Positions 1 to 9,754 of a stretch of 64,000 nt of DNA are shown one piece after another. The position numbers and the translations under genes are program-made. The stretch spans positions 1,216,001-1,280,000 of the forward strand of contig CBDCNQ010000005.1 of NCBI GenBank assembly GCA_965219445.1, read 5' to 3'. Under the pieces are notes generated by a model. It made no database searches. It was given only the letters and a program-made list of their open reading frames with translations, and was not told the DNA's origin. Positions within the stretch are counted from its first letter, which is position 1, and each line of letters starts with the position of its first letter. The DNA comes from Longimicrobiales bacterium. Its GTDB lineage: Bacteria; Gemmatimonadota; Gemmatimonadetes; Longimicrobiales; Gaopeijiaceae.

Positions 1-759
1 GTCGCTCTCCATGAAGTCCTCAGCGTCGTACTTGCCAGGCTCGATGTACGCGAGGCCAGCTTCCACGAGTCGGTCAGCGTACCCGATCAGTGCGTCCATG
101 GCCTCCTGTGTCGTCTGTGCTCCCCGGCGTTTGACGATCTCCAACAGCCGGGACGCGCCGGTGTGTAGAGCGGCCAGCTGGGCGTCGAGATCACCGCCTC
201 TTTCGATCGGGGTCCGGACGTTCGCCAATATGAGATTCCAGACCTCCTCTTGGCGTTCGCCCTTCCGATAGAGATGGACGGGCGGGATACGGAGGCCCTC
301 CTGATAGATTTCCTGGGCCAGCGGCATCGATCCTGGGCTCATCCCTCCGACATCCGAATGATGTGCCCTCGACGCCACATAACCGAGCGGGGTGCCCCCG
401 CCCGGGTCGTGGACTGGCGAAATCAGAGTGATATCGGGCAGATGCGTGCCGCCTCGAAAGGGGTCATTCAGGCAGACGACGTCGCCTGGGTCGAGAGGGC
501 CAAGTTCACCGAGGGCAGCCTCCACGCTCATCGGCATCGCCCCCAAGTGGACCGGCATGTGGTCCCCCAGTGCGATCGGTGCACCCCTCGCCGAAAAGAG
601 CGCACACGAGTAGTCTCGACGCTCCTTGATGTTGGGTGAAAAGGAGGCTTGCCTCAGCGCGGCTCCCATTTCTTCCGTTAGAGCTGTGAAGAGGTGGCGG
701 AAAACCTCAAGTGCTATGGCGTCGGGCTCGCGCCGTCCGGTTGGCTGACCATCGAGCAT
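1..759 (-). CDS. Hydantoinase B/oxoprolinase family protein (runs off left edge)
   Basis: Manual translation from ATG at 759: ...LEVFRHLFTALTEEMGAALRQASFSPNIKERRDYSCALF...HMPVHLGAM...NDPFRGGTHLPD...RAHHSDVGG...EIYQEG, which are typical HyuB/oxoprolinase motifs. Absent from the ORF track because it has no stop in the window. Confidence 0.9.
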   Translation of the reverse strand, partial: MLDGQPTGRREPDAIALEVFRHLFTALTEEMGAALRQASFSPNIKERRDYSCALFSARGAPIALGDHMPVHLGAMPMSVEAALGELGPLDPGDVVCLNDPFRGGTHLPDITLISPVHDPGGGTPLGYVASRAHHSDVGGMSPGSMPLAQEIYQEGLRIPPVHLYRKGERQEEVWNLILANVRTPIERGGDLDAQLAALHTGASRLLEIVKRRGAQTTQEAMDALIGYADRLVEAGLAYIEPGKYDAEDFMESD

Positions 760-859
760 GCGTTAAACTTAATGGTTCAGGTAGCGTCGCATCCATGTGA
801 AGTCGCACACATCTGAATCGAACATTCTATCCGCTCGAGAGGAATTCAGGGAGGTGTGA

Positions 860-1150
860 GTGCCCCAAGAGAAAATCTTCGCGCGGGCTCGGGACGAGTT
901 GTTCAGCCACATCAATCGATGTGGAGTGTTGAGCGCCACGGATGATGACCGGACGGCGTGGATGAACGAGACCATCGACTATATCGGCGAGCGATATCCG
1001 GATCTGGTGGGTCCCGACCTCCAAGAGCTCCATGCGGTCGGTATCAGGTTCTGCCAGCCGGCGATCAACAATGTGCCGGCTGCGGCAGTGTCCGAGCCTG
1101 TGACTGAGACCGCAACCGCGGAGGTGCCGGGGGACGGGGCCTCCGTGTAG
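860..1150 (+). CDS. Hypothetical protein (96 aa)
   Basis: GGGAGG RBS before GTG, globular-looking N-terminal part, terminator downstream. Confidence 0.7.
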   Translation: MPQEKIFARARDELFSHINRCGVLSATDDDRTAWMNETIDYIGERYPDLVGPDLQELHAVGIRFCQPAINNVPAAAVSEPVTETATAEVPGDGASV

Positions 1151-1267
1151 GACAACCGCTTTCTCCGACGTCGGAGGTGGGTCCCGACGCCGAGGCTACG
1201 CAAGATCAGGACGGGGACGCCAACGCCGCCTGACGTCTTACCCACCGAACTCTCATCCTCGACCCTG

Positions 1268-1304
1268 CGGCGGGAAGTTATACTTTCCCGCCGTTTTTCC
1301 TTTT
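1268..1304 (+). terminator. Rho-independent terminator
   Basis: CGGCGGGAA-loop-TTCCCGCCG followed by a T-rich run. Confidence 0.75.
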
Positions 1305-1492
1305 AATAGCGGAAAAGGTGCATCTCTGGCACCCCGGGCTGGGGGTGCTGGCGAACCCACGGGGCACATAGTATGTTGCCGCCCCAGTTGGCGGGCCTGA
1401 TGAAGAAGTGCCTCTCGGACGGGTGACGCGGACGCCTTTATGAGGGACCCTCAAGATAGAAAGTCGTGGTGCCGAGTGTGTCGCGACGGCTC

Positions 1493-1870
1493 ATGACAGG
1501 CTCCCAGCGCGAGCGAAGTGTGGCGGCGGAGAGCGACCAGCGTCTCACCCTCCCGGATGAGGAGCGCCTGCTGGGCCTCTATTACGACGGGGGCCGTCTC
1601 CCCTCTCCGTCCGGGGGATTCCTGATGGTTTTGGGAATCCGGCCTGAAGATGAAGGGTCGGGTTTGGTCCTCCTGGAGTGCACGTCCTCGTCACTTCGGT
1701 ACAAGTTGAGGGTGCCTAAGGCCACGCGCTCCGAACGGAAAAAGGTGCGGGACATGATCGTTGAGGGCAATGATCCGAAATGCCCACGACACCAGGGGGA
1801 ATTCTTGACGCGAATACGCCACGACCTCGCGTGCGCGAAGTGTGGTGTTCGGTATGCCAAGGCCAAATAG
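1493..1870 (+). CDS. Hypothetical protein with C-terminal Zn-ribbon-like motif
   Basis: CPRH...CAKC near the C-terminus; start uncertain (1466/1493). Confidence 0.65.
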   Translation: MTGSQRERSVAAESDQRLTLPDEERLLGLYYDGGRLPSPSGGFLMVLGIRPEDEGSGLVLLECTSSSLRYKLRVPKATRSERKKVRDMIVEGNDPKCPRHQGEFLTRIRHDLACAKCGVRYAKAK

Positions 1871-1964
1871 CAGCCGGAGAGAGTCAGGGTGGTGATCCCC
1901 ATCGGCCTCCATTACATTTGCGGCCTAGAGCCGTGCGCACTCTAGCCTAAGGAGCTTTGTCGCG

Positions 1965-3062
1965 ATGGCAGAGGGATTCCTCAGCTCTGAAGAGTACGAC
2001 GAGCAGGCTCACCAGCTGTACAACAGTGGGGATTACGAGGGGGCCCTCGAGATGCTCAAAGAGGGCCTCTCGCTTTATCCCAATGCTGTCGAACTCTGCG
2101 TGGGGATGGGCTACGCACGTCTGGCGCGGGAGGAGTACGCGTGGGCGCGCAAGGCGTTCGACCGCGCGCTCGTTCTCGATCAAGGGCACGAGGATGCCCT
2201 GGTCGGACTCGGCGAGACCCTCCTCCGCTTCGGGGAGCGTGACGCCGCACTCGCATTGTTCGAGCGGGTCGCCACATTGGGGTTCGAAGATGACGTGGAG
2301 CTGATGCTCACGATGGGGCGGGCGCTCTATCGTGAGCACCTCTATGCCGAAAGCCGTGATGTGTTCGCGAGGACTTCTGCTGCCCGTCCAGACAGCGCTG
2401 AGGTTGCGGCATCGCTAGGCTATGCGCTCCATCGGCTGGGCGATGAGGTTGGCGCCGGGCGCCAGATCCGAAGGTCCCTCCGCCTCGATCCCGACCTCCA
2501 TGAGGCCAGGATCTACCTCGGCCATCTTCTGTATGATCGGGGAGACTGGGAGGGGGCACTCCGCGAGTTCGAGCGCGTCCCGCCGCTCGATCATTGGGAT
2601 GCGTTGGCGGTGTGGCGCCTCGTCGAGCTCAAGCGAGCACTCTGGCAAGTGGAAGACGGAGACGAGCGGGTTAAGCCCTGGCGAAAGCGCTTGGACGAGC
2701 TCGAGGCGCTCAACGATCCCATCGACCGCTTGCTTGCCGAGGTCGAAGCCCAGGTCAACGGTGGTGAGCGCTCACTGATCGATCCGAGTCAGCTCGAACT
2801 CTTCGAGCGGGGTGAGCGAAGGGGCGCAACGGAGTCGCACGAGGTCCGGTTGGGCGATGGACACCTCTTCCGCGGAAGTTGGAACCATATCGTACGGCAA
2901 ATGCGGGATCAGGCTGGATTCTCCCACGAAACTCTGTCCCAGTACATGAGACGGCTAGCGGAACGTTGGCATGAACAGCTCGGTGTGGAGATCCCCTTTG
3001 CCGATCCCGAGAGCTTTCTCGAGGCCGCCATCCGCGCCGGTGCCGTGTATCTCGAAGACTGA
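1965..3062 (+). CDS. Tetratricopeptide repeat protein
   Basis: AAGGAG RBS; repeated TPR helices (e.g. LGHLLYDRGDWEGALREFERV). Confidence 0.85.
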   Translation: MAEGFLSSEEYDEQAHQLYNSGDYEGALEMLKEGLSLYPNAVELCVGMGYARLAREEYAWARKAFDRALVLDQGHEDALVGLGETLLRFGERDAALALFERVATLGFEDDVELMLTMGRALYREHLYAESRDVFARTSAARPDSAEVAASLGYALHRLGDEVGAGRQIRRSLRLDPDLHEARIYLGHLLYDRGDWEGALREFERVPPLDHWDALAVWRLVELKRALWQVEDGDERVKPWRKRLDELEALNDPIDRLLAEVEAQVNGGERSLIDPSQLELFERGERRGATESHEVRLGDGHLFRGSWNHIVRQMRDQAGFSHETLSQYMRRLAERWHEQLGVEIPFADPESFLEAAIRAGAVYLED

Positions 3063-3085
3063 TACTCACAAAACTGACACCCACT

Positions 3086-3930
3086 ATGTCACAGTCTGGA
3101 GATGTGCTCGATCGGTTCCTCGAAGCACTCGTAGAGCGGATCACAGTGACCCGACCGGAGTATCTGACCGGTCCGTTCACGGTCGCGGAGATCTATCAGG
3201 ATCTCGTTCCTTATCGATCACACCGGAATTTGATCGGGGTCGAAATGAGCGGGGACTACGAGGACGCACTCGCCCGGATGCTCTCCGGAGAGGGAGACTA
3301 TCTTCTGCTCGATTCCGAAGCGGCTCGGCGGGAGCTGCAGGTGGAACTCAGTAGCCCCAATCCCAACACTGCTTTGTTCCGAGAGTTCGCTGCGGTGATG
3401 TCCGACTACATCCGAGCCGGGTGCCCCTGGATGCTGGGAACGGACCCGAAGTACGAGCCAAGGCTCCCGAGGAGGACACGATCGATGCCGAGGTGACCCG
3501 AACGAGAAGCACGGATCTGTTCGTAGAGCTGGACACGGAACTGGAGGCCGAAGTGGAGGCCGACGTGGGGGTTGAGGCGCCGGTGGAGATGGCTCAGGGG
3601 CCTTCAGACGAGCGGGACGACGGGCCGAGATCCGAACTCGGAAGGTCCAGTGAGGATGGCGTAGTGGGCCACATTGACACGGTCGCGTCTCCGCCTCTGG
3701 TGTCGCTTTCGGATACGACACCCGACAGAGCCGATTCGACGGACGCCGACCCCAGCGGCTCAGTGGCGGTGTGTCACTGGTGCCGCGAAGACCTTCCGGT
3801 GAGTGATTCCATCCACTTTTGTCCGTTCTGCGGCAGTGACCTCCGCCCATCTCCGTGTCGCGAGTGTGGCGAAGCGATGGAGGCCCGGTGGCAGTTCTGT
3901 GCTTCCTGCGGGGCCGACGTGCGTGGTTAG
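3086..3930 (+). CDS. Double zinc-ribbon domain protein, split by a frameshift near 3397
   Basis: ORF 3086 (..FREFAAV) continues in another frame (DVRLHPSRVPLD..) to CHWC..CPFC..CREC..CASC; inserting one G in GCGGTGATGTC joins them. Confidence 0.7.
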
Positions 3931-4375
3931 ACGGATCGGAGTCATCGCTTGCCTGGCGGTGGTGGGATGCGGGATCGAGCCGAAGGCAACTCCCGATCCA
4001 GGCGAGGAGACCAGCACGGATCCCTACTTCGAGATTATCGCGACTGCCCAGGTCGTTCAGCTGTCCGGGGGCCGAGACGTGGAGCATGTTGTCCCGCCCC
4101 ATCTTGAGATCGCGAAGGGGGAGTGGGTCCAGTTCCTAACTCTCGACCGCCGTGTACACACTGTGTCCTTCGTGCCCGACTCGATTTCTCCAGACGCCCT
4201 TGAGTACCTGGCCGACACAGGGCAGCTTGAGGGCCCACCACTGCTGGCGCGTGGGAGTCGATTCCTCGTCGATTTCCGGGAAGCGCCCACCGGTCGATAC
4301 GTTTTCCAGAGCGTCAGCCATGGGGGCCCTGTCTTCGGCAGTGTGACTGTGCGGGAGCTTCAGACGGATCCGTAG
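3923..4375 (+). CDS. Putative lipoprotein, cupredoxin-like
   Basis: Lipobox-like LAVVGC; HTVSF and GRYVFQSVSH...GSVTV resemble a plastocyanin-like fold without the full copper ligand set. Confidence 0.5.
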   Translation: MVRRIGVIACLAVVGCGIEPKATPDPGEETSTDPYFEIIATAQVVQLSGGRDVEHVVPPHLEIAKGEWVQFLTLDRRVHTVSFVPDSISPDALEYLADTGQLEGPPLLARGSRFLVDFREAPTGRYVFQSVSHGGPVFGSVTVRELQTDP

Positions 4376-4421
4376 ATTCACCTCGCCATGCTTTGAATGC
4401 AGGGGGTAAGGTCTGTTGAAG

Positions 4422-5630
4422 ATGGGAACGCAAGGACACGCCAAGAACATCGTCGTTCTCTCAGGGAAAAGGACTCCGTTCGGAACCTTCGGTGGAAGCC
4501 TCAAGAGCTTCACCGCGACGGATCTTGCGGTTTTCTCGAGTGTCGCGGCGATCGAGGCCGCCGGCTTGGCCCCGGACCAGATCGATCACACCTTCGTCGG
4601 AAACGCCCTCCAAACTTCCTCGGACGCAATCTACCTCGCCCGCCACGTCGCGCTACGGTCCGGCGTTCCCCAGGAAAGCCCGGCGCTGACCATCAACAGG
4701 CTATGTGGGTCTGGGTTCGAGGCGATTGTTCAGGGAGCCAAGGAGATTCTCCTCGATGGGGCCCACGTGACACTGTGCGGTGGCACGGAGTCGATGAGTC
4801 AGGCACCCCACGTCGTGCGTGGAGCGCGCTGGGGACAGCTTCGCCTAGGACCGACTGGAACCTCCTCCTTCGAAGATATCCTCTGGGAGGCTCTGCGTGA
4901 CTCCAACTGCGACATGACGATGGCCCAGACCGCGGAACAGCTGGCGGAGCGCTACGAAGTCACCCGTGAGGAGGCCGATCGGGTGGCGCTCCGCAGTCAG
5001 CAGCGCGCCTCGGCAGCGTGGGACGGTGGCCACTTTGCGGCCGAGATCGCTCCCATCATGCTCAAAAGCAGAAAAGGGGAGAAGGAGTTCGCCCGCGACG
5101 AGCACATGCGGCCCGACACGACGCTTGAAGGGCTGAGTGGGCTTCGCCCGTACTTCAAGAAGGATGGGTTGGTAACCGCGGGGAACGCCAGCGGGATCGG
5201 CGATGGGGCAGCGAGCGCTCTGCTCGCGGAGGCTGATTGGGCCGACGAACACGGAGTCGAAGTACTCGGCCGCATCGTGTCGTGGGGATTCGCGGGGGTC
5301 GAGCCGAGCGTCATGGGCATTGGGCCGGCGCCGGCTTCACGTCTCGCTCTCGAAAAGGCCGGATTGACCCTGGGCGACATGGACCTGGTGGAAGTGAACG
5401 AGGCGTTTGCGGGCCAGTACATGGCGGTCGAGAAGGAGCTGGGACTCGATCCGGCAATCACGAACGTGAATGGGGGAGCGATCGCCATCACTCATCCCCT
5501 CGCTGCATCCGGGGCGCGCATCACGATCCACCTTCTCCATGAATTGCGGCGGAGGGGCGGGAAGTACGGCCTCGGTGCAGCCTGCATCGGCGGGGGGCAG
5601 GGGGGCGCGGTGGTCGTGGAGGCCCTGTAG
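4422..5630 (+). CDS. Acetyl-CoA C-acyltransferase (thiolase)
   Basis: RTPFG, INRLCGSG, NEAFA, GGAIAITHP and CIGGGQG motifs. Confidence 0.95.
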   Translation: MGTQGHAKNIVVLSGKRTPFGTFGGSLKSFTATDLAVFSSVAAIEAAGLAPDQIDHTFVGNALQTSSDAIYLARHVALRSGVPQESPALTINRLCGSGFEAIVQGAKEILLDGAHVTLCGGTESMSQAPHVVRGARWGQLRLGPTGTSSFEDILWEALRDSNCDMTMAQTAEQLAERYEVTREEADRVALRSQQRASAAWDGGHFAAEIAPIMLKSRKGEKEFARDEHMRPDTTLEGLSGLRPYFKKDGLVTAGNASGIGDGAASALLAEADWADEHGVEVLGRIVSWGFAGVEPSVMGIGPAPASRLALEKAGLTLGDMDLVEVNEAFAGQYMAVEKELGLDPAITNVNGGAIAITHPLAASGARITIHLLHELRRRGGKYGLGAACIGGGQGGAVVVEAL

Positions 5631-5673
5631 GTTCGTCCTGTCGAGATCACTGGTTCAAAGGGGACGGCAAGCA

Positions 5674-6552
5674 GTGGACATCGAGAGGGTAGGCGTAGTT
5701 GGATGCGGGCTCATGGGCAGCGGGATCGCAGAGGTCGCGGCGAAGGCGAACTTCGACGTCGTCGTGCTGGAGGTGAGTGACGCCCTGATCGAGGCCGGCC
5801 AGGACCGAATCCGAAAATCGCTCGACCGAGCGGTAGAGAGAGAAAAACTCACGGTTGCCGACGGGGAAGCGGCGTGGAGTCGCCTCCATTTTTCCACCGA
5901 GCTCTCGGAGTTGGCTGATAGACATCTCGTGATCGAGGCGATCATAGAGGAGATCGGGCCCAAGAGAGAGCTGTTCTCGGCTCTGGACGATCTCTGTGGG
6001 CCCGAGGCCATATTCGCCTCGAACACATCATCCCTAACGATTACCGACATGGCGGTGGCTACCGGACGGCCGGATCGGGTGGTTGGCCTCCACTTCTTCA
6101 ATCCGGTGCCGGTGATGGAGCTTGTGGAGGTCGTGCGCACCATCGTGACGGCCGACGAAGTGTTCAGTAAGGTGTTCGCCTTTGCCGAGGCGCTCGGCAA
6201 GAAGCCGATCACGGCGAAGGACAACTCAGGCTTCGTGGTGAACCTGCTCCTGGTGCCCTATATGCTCGACGCCATCCGGCAACTCGAGCGGGGCGCGGCC
6301 TCGATGGAGGATATTGATCGGGCCATGACACTCGGACTGGGGCATCCCATGGGTCCGTTTACCCTCTGCGACTTCGTCGGGATCGATACAGTTTATCGGA
6401 TCTCGGAGATCATGTTCGAGGAGTATCGGGAGGATCGATACGCGCCACCCCCACTCTTGAAGCGGGTCGTCTCGATGGGGCGATTCGGCAGGAAGACGGG
6501 TAAAGGGTTCTACGATTGGTCGGGGGAGCAGCCGATTCCGCTGCCACTTTGA
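5674..6552 (+). CDS. 3-hydroxybutyryl/3-hydroxyacyl-CoA dehydrogenase
   Basis: GCGLMGSGIA, ASNTSSL, GLHFFNPVP, GHPMGPF, GRKTGKGFY. Confidence 0.95.
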   Translation: MDIERVGVVGCGLMGSGIAEVAAKANFDVVVLEVSDALIEAGQDRIRKSLDRAVEREKLTVADGEAAWSRLHFSTELSELADRHLVIEAIIEEIGPKRELFSALDDLCGPEAIFASNTSSLTITDMAVATGRPDRVVGLHFFNPVPVMELVEVVRTIVTADEVFSKVFAFAEALGKKPITAKDNSGFVVNLLLVPYMLDAIRQLERGAASMEDIDRAMTLGLGHPMGPFTLCDFVGIDTVYRISEIMFEEYREDRYAPPPLLKRVVSMGRFGRKTGKGFYDWSGEQPIPLPL

Positions 6553-6587
6553 GGGGAAACCCAAAAGCTCGTTGAAGAAGTAGGCCT

Positions 6588-6782
6588 CTAGATCTTGCCT
6601 CGGCGCTGCCGACGGCGTTCTCGCCGAATCGCGGCTTCGCGCTTCCGCTTCCGCTGGGCACTCGGCTTCTCGTAGAAGCGACGCTTCCTGAGTTCCGAGT
6701 AGAGGCCCGAGCGCTGCACCTTCCGCTTGAAGCGGCGGAGCGCCCGTTCGAGGCTCTCGTTGTCTTGAATCGTTACTTCCAA
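6588..6782 (-). CDS. rpsU: 30S ribosomal protein bS21
   Basis: [18 protein letters not shown]...[11 protein letters not shown] start. Confidence 0.97.
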   Translation of the reverse strand: MEVTIQDNESLERALRRFKRKVQRSGLYSELRKRRFYEKPSAQRKRKREAAIRRERRRQRRGKI

Positions 6783-6878
6783 AGGAAAACAGCTCCCTTC
6801 CTTTGTGGTCTATTCCAAAAGGAAGAATCGAAGATCAAATATCAGACCAAGAGGGGAAAATTAGTGGCTATGTCCATA

Positions 6879-7589
6879 TCAGGGAAGTCTTCGCTCTCGG
6901 TGGAGGGTATGTGTGTAGTGTACGTATTCCTCTCTGTGGGCGAGGAAGTCCTCGACCCAAACTTCGAACGGCGGCATGGGAATACGTGCCTCGATGTACT
7001 CGATGACGAGCATGCCCAGCTGTAACCGATCCTTAGCGCCAAAGTCCACTCGCTGGCCCTTGAGAATCGACTCGACCGCCGCCTCGAAGTATGTGGCGTC
7101 CACCAAAGTGATGAAGTGGCACACCTGATCGAGCCGGTAGGACTGGTAGAGAGACCGGAGTTCGACCGTGTCCAACTTCTTTTCGGCGTCATTCAGATGC
7201 CCTTCCAGATGCACCTCAGCGGACGCGGAGAGTTCCTTCGAATTTTGCAGCAGCAGTTTCTTGAACCACCGACGGGTCTTGGGAGATTCAGGGGCCTCCA
7301 CTCCCCGCGATACGTGCAGAGCCGAGGAGAGCAACGCCCTCACGAGCGGCCGTCCCAGGCCACGGGCCTTATGGTCGATCTCGGCTTGGGACGCCTCAAT
7401 GAAAATATCGGCGGTCCGCACCTCGTCTGACTCGCTGTCGCTGTCCTGCGGGCGGAACACGAGATGTCCGTGCCACCGACTGTCCCGACCGATGAAGGTC
7501 ACCAGAAAACAAGACCAGGATTCTTGTTCCCAGTCTAGAAATCCGAGCGATCGTCGGCGGGATCGATCGATCAGTGCGTGTTCGGTCAA
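6879..7589 (-). CDS. Hypothetical protein, domain order B-A (paralog of 8776 and 10065 genes)
   Basis: Shares LRxxYxxYxxxQV...PPFxxW and W-x-G-xxx-F...RTxxIFxE motifs with its neighbours. Confidence 0.8.
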   Translation of the reverse strand: MTEHALIDRSRRRSLGFLDWEQESWSCFLVTFIGRDSRWHGHLVFRPQDSDSESDEVRTADIFIEASQAEIDHKARGLGRPLVRALLSSALHVSRGVEAPESPKTRRWFKKLLLQNSKELSASAEVHLEGHLNDAEKKLDTVELRSLYQSYRLDQVCHFITLVDATYFEAAVESILKGQRVDFGAKDRLQLGMLVIEYIEARIPMPPFEVWVEDFLAHREEYVHYTHTLHRERRLP

Positions 7590-7854
7590 GTCGCCAGTTG
7601 GCTAGAGGGTGCGATGGCGAGCTCCCACCTTTAGATTTGAGCTTCTTGCCAGGACAGTAAACATATTGTTATCGTGGATCAACTGGAGTCGAAAAAAATA
7701 GCCATTACCGCATCGCAGAGCCTTTGGTGGATGTCTGTGATACGGGAAAATCCCGGCAGGAATGCCGGTTTTTTTGCCTCGATACTCTCGCAGGTTCGCC
7801 TTCGAGGATCCGTCGATTGAGGATCGACCGCCGATTCGGATAGTGAGGAGACAC

Positions 7855-8766
7855 ATGGAGGGAACGACTTTCTCGCTTCACTCCACAGCCCGGCCCGAGG
7901 CCATGGCCGATGTGCCCGGTGTCTGTGAACTTCCGCTGACCAGGGCCGTGGTCCATTACCGTGATCTTCACGAGGTGGACCCCCCGGGCGGGCGTATCCA
8001 GGACATTGGACTCGCGCTCGTGCTCGAGGGGCGTTTTGCTTCATCCTCGGAAGTCTTGGATCTGGGAAGCTCCGCCGTGAAGATGTTGGATCTGAGTTCC
8101 GAGCTAGTGGTTCTCGACTGGGTCTATGAGCCCACGCTGAAGCACGTCAACCGTTTGCTCATGGAAAGGGCCCGGGGAGATGACGATGTGGAGGCAGCTG
8201 GCCGGCTGGGAAGCTACTCGTTCCGGATGGCCTTGAGCCTGATTGGCCGGCTCGGATACGGGCCACTCACCCGCCCGACGATTCTCAGGATCGGTTTCCG
8301 AGACATTTGCCGGGACCTGGATTTTCACGAGGGCACCTCAGTCCGGATCGTCTTTGGCGAGCATCGAGTGGCGCGTGCACACCTCGACTATGACGCGAAC
8401 TCCTTGGTGTTCAGCACACCCTCTCCAGAACCGGACGCCATCCTCGAAGCCGCCGTGCTGGAAGCGTTTCCTCACAGCGACGTGCTGCGTTTCAGTGAGG
8501 CTCACAACGGTGGGTCGGTGAATTACCAGGTCCGTCTTTCGTTCCCGGCCAGCTTGGCCGAGGCTCGTGAGGAACTCCGAACGATTCGGCGAGGGCTTGG
8601 GGGACTGTTGGCGCGCTTCGAGCCGGAACGCTTCAAGGGGCTCGAGCACCACCTCGCCACTTTCGGCTCGAGGGACACGCTTTCCCAGCTCCACGTCCGA
8701 GAGCGGCGAACGAAGGTCGAGGTGCTCCGGACTCGTCTTGGAGCCGGGGGTGACACCGTCCATTAG
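7855..8766 (+). CDS. Hypothetical protein (about 303 aa)
   Basis: GAGGAG RBS before ATG 7855, long ORF, 9 bp upstream of the next gene. Confidence 0.75.
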   Translation: MEGTTFSLHSTARPEAMADVPGVCELPLTRAVVHYRDLHEVDPPGGRIQDIGLALVLEGRFASSSEVLDLGSSAVKMLDLSSELVVLDWVYEPTLKHVNRLLMERARGDDDVEAAGRLGSYSFRMALSLIGRLGYGPLTRPTILRIGFRDICRDLDFHEGTSVRIVFGEHRVARAHLDYDANSLVFSTPSPEPDAILEAAVLEAFPHSDVLRFSEAHNGGSVNYQVRLSFPASLAEAREELRTIRRGLGGLLARFEPERFKGLEHHLATFGSRDTLSQLHVRERRTKVEVLRTRLGAGGDTVH

Positions 8767-8775
8767 CATCACACC

Positions 8776-9378
8776 ATGACGCTCACCCCTGAGCGCGACC
8801 CGCGGAGCGCCCTGCTTGATCCGGTAGACCGCGAAGCTTCGCCGTCCCATACCGCGGTACTGAGGGGACGCTATGAGGCGTATTGCCAACAACAGGTAAC
8901 ACTTCTCTTGGAGATCATCCCGTCGGAGGCGGTGAGACCGCTTTACCGTCGTGCGAGGACTTGGGCGACTGAGGAGGGGTTCCACGAATCCAAAGATCCG
9001 ATGTCGACCCTGCGCAGTTTCTGCCGTGAGGTGCTACTGCTTCCACCATTCGAAGTCTGGCAGTTGGACTATGCAAACCATCGTGTGGCTCATGTGAGTG
9101 CTGGAGTGGAGCGGTCTCCTCTGGCTGAGCCGATGGAGCCGATCGCGGTCGATGTCCGTCGGATCGAGCACGAGGAGGAGCCATGGCAGGGAACGCTCGA
9201 GGTGTACCGGGGCGGGGATGTGTGGCGGGGGCTCATTCGATTCCAGCGCGATGGAGAAGAAGGCTACTTCCGCACCGGCGAGATCTTCTGCGAGGATGAC
9301 CTCCAAGACCTTCGAGATCGCTTCATTTCCTTCACTGCGCCTACCATGAGCGCGTTTCTGCGCTCGACCCTTCCGTAA
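8776..9378 (+). CDS. Hypothetical protein, domain order A-B
   Basis: LRGRYEAYCQQQV...LPPFEVW followed by WRGLIRF...RTGEIFCE. Confidence 0.8.
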   Translation: MTLTPERDPRSALLDPVDREASPSHTAVLRGRYEAYCQQQVTLLLEIIPSEAVRPLYRRARTWATEEGFHESKDPMSTLRSFCREVLLLPPFEVWQLDYANHRVAHVSAGVERSPLAEPMEPIAVDVRRIEHEEEPWQGTLEVYRGGDVWRGLIRFQRDGEEGYFRTGEIFCEDDLQDLRDRFISFTAPTMSAFLRSTLP

Positions 9379-9605
9379 ACCGGGTTTTTCCCAAAAAACG
9401 CAGCCAGCAGGAAGTTCAATTTTCACGGAATTGGTTCTCGTAAGTTCCCATCATAATTGAGCTTCACTCCTACGAAAATGCAAAACATTGGGTGCTCTAG
9501 GGGTCGAGGAACAATTGATTTCGGGCCAAATACCTATTTTATAAGTAGTTGCAGAGCAACACTTTACGAACTTTAGTTGGGCGCACGACAATTTTGACAA
9601 CAGGC

Positions 9606-9634
9606 TTGCGCGCGTCGGAAATCACGTGTACTAT
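9606..9634 (+). promoter_or_regulatory. Candidate sigma70 promoter
   Basis: TTGCGC-17 nt-TACTAT in an AT-rich spacer; a TTGACA hexamer also lies at 9663. Confidence 0.45.
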
Positions 9635-9754
9635 GGTTTTGCCTCGACGCTGTTGCTTTTCCTTGACACTTTCGAAATTCACGATGCTACAGTCGGTCCT
9701 ATCGGGTAATTTCGTGAATTTTCGAGCCACCGAAACCTCGGGAGAAGTGTGCTC

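Noticed and set aside
11..639. Plus-strand ORFs at the left edge
   Set aside because: They are antisense to the hydantoinase B/oxoprolinase gene on the minus strand.
1151..1260. Possible structured RNA between the 96-aa gene and its terminator (GGTGGGT / ACCCACC pairing)
   Set aside because: A single short helix in GC-rich DNA is insufficient support.
9380..9750. AT-rich region near ssb/recF/gyrB as a possible oriC
   Set aside because: I found no TTATCCACA-type DnaA box cluster and dnaA is not in the window.
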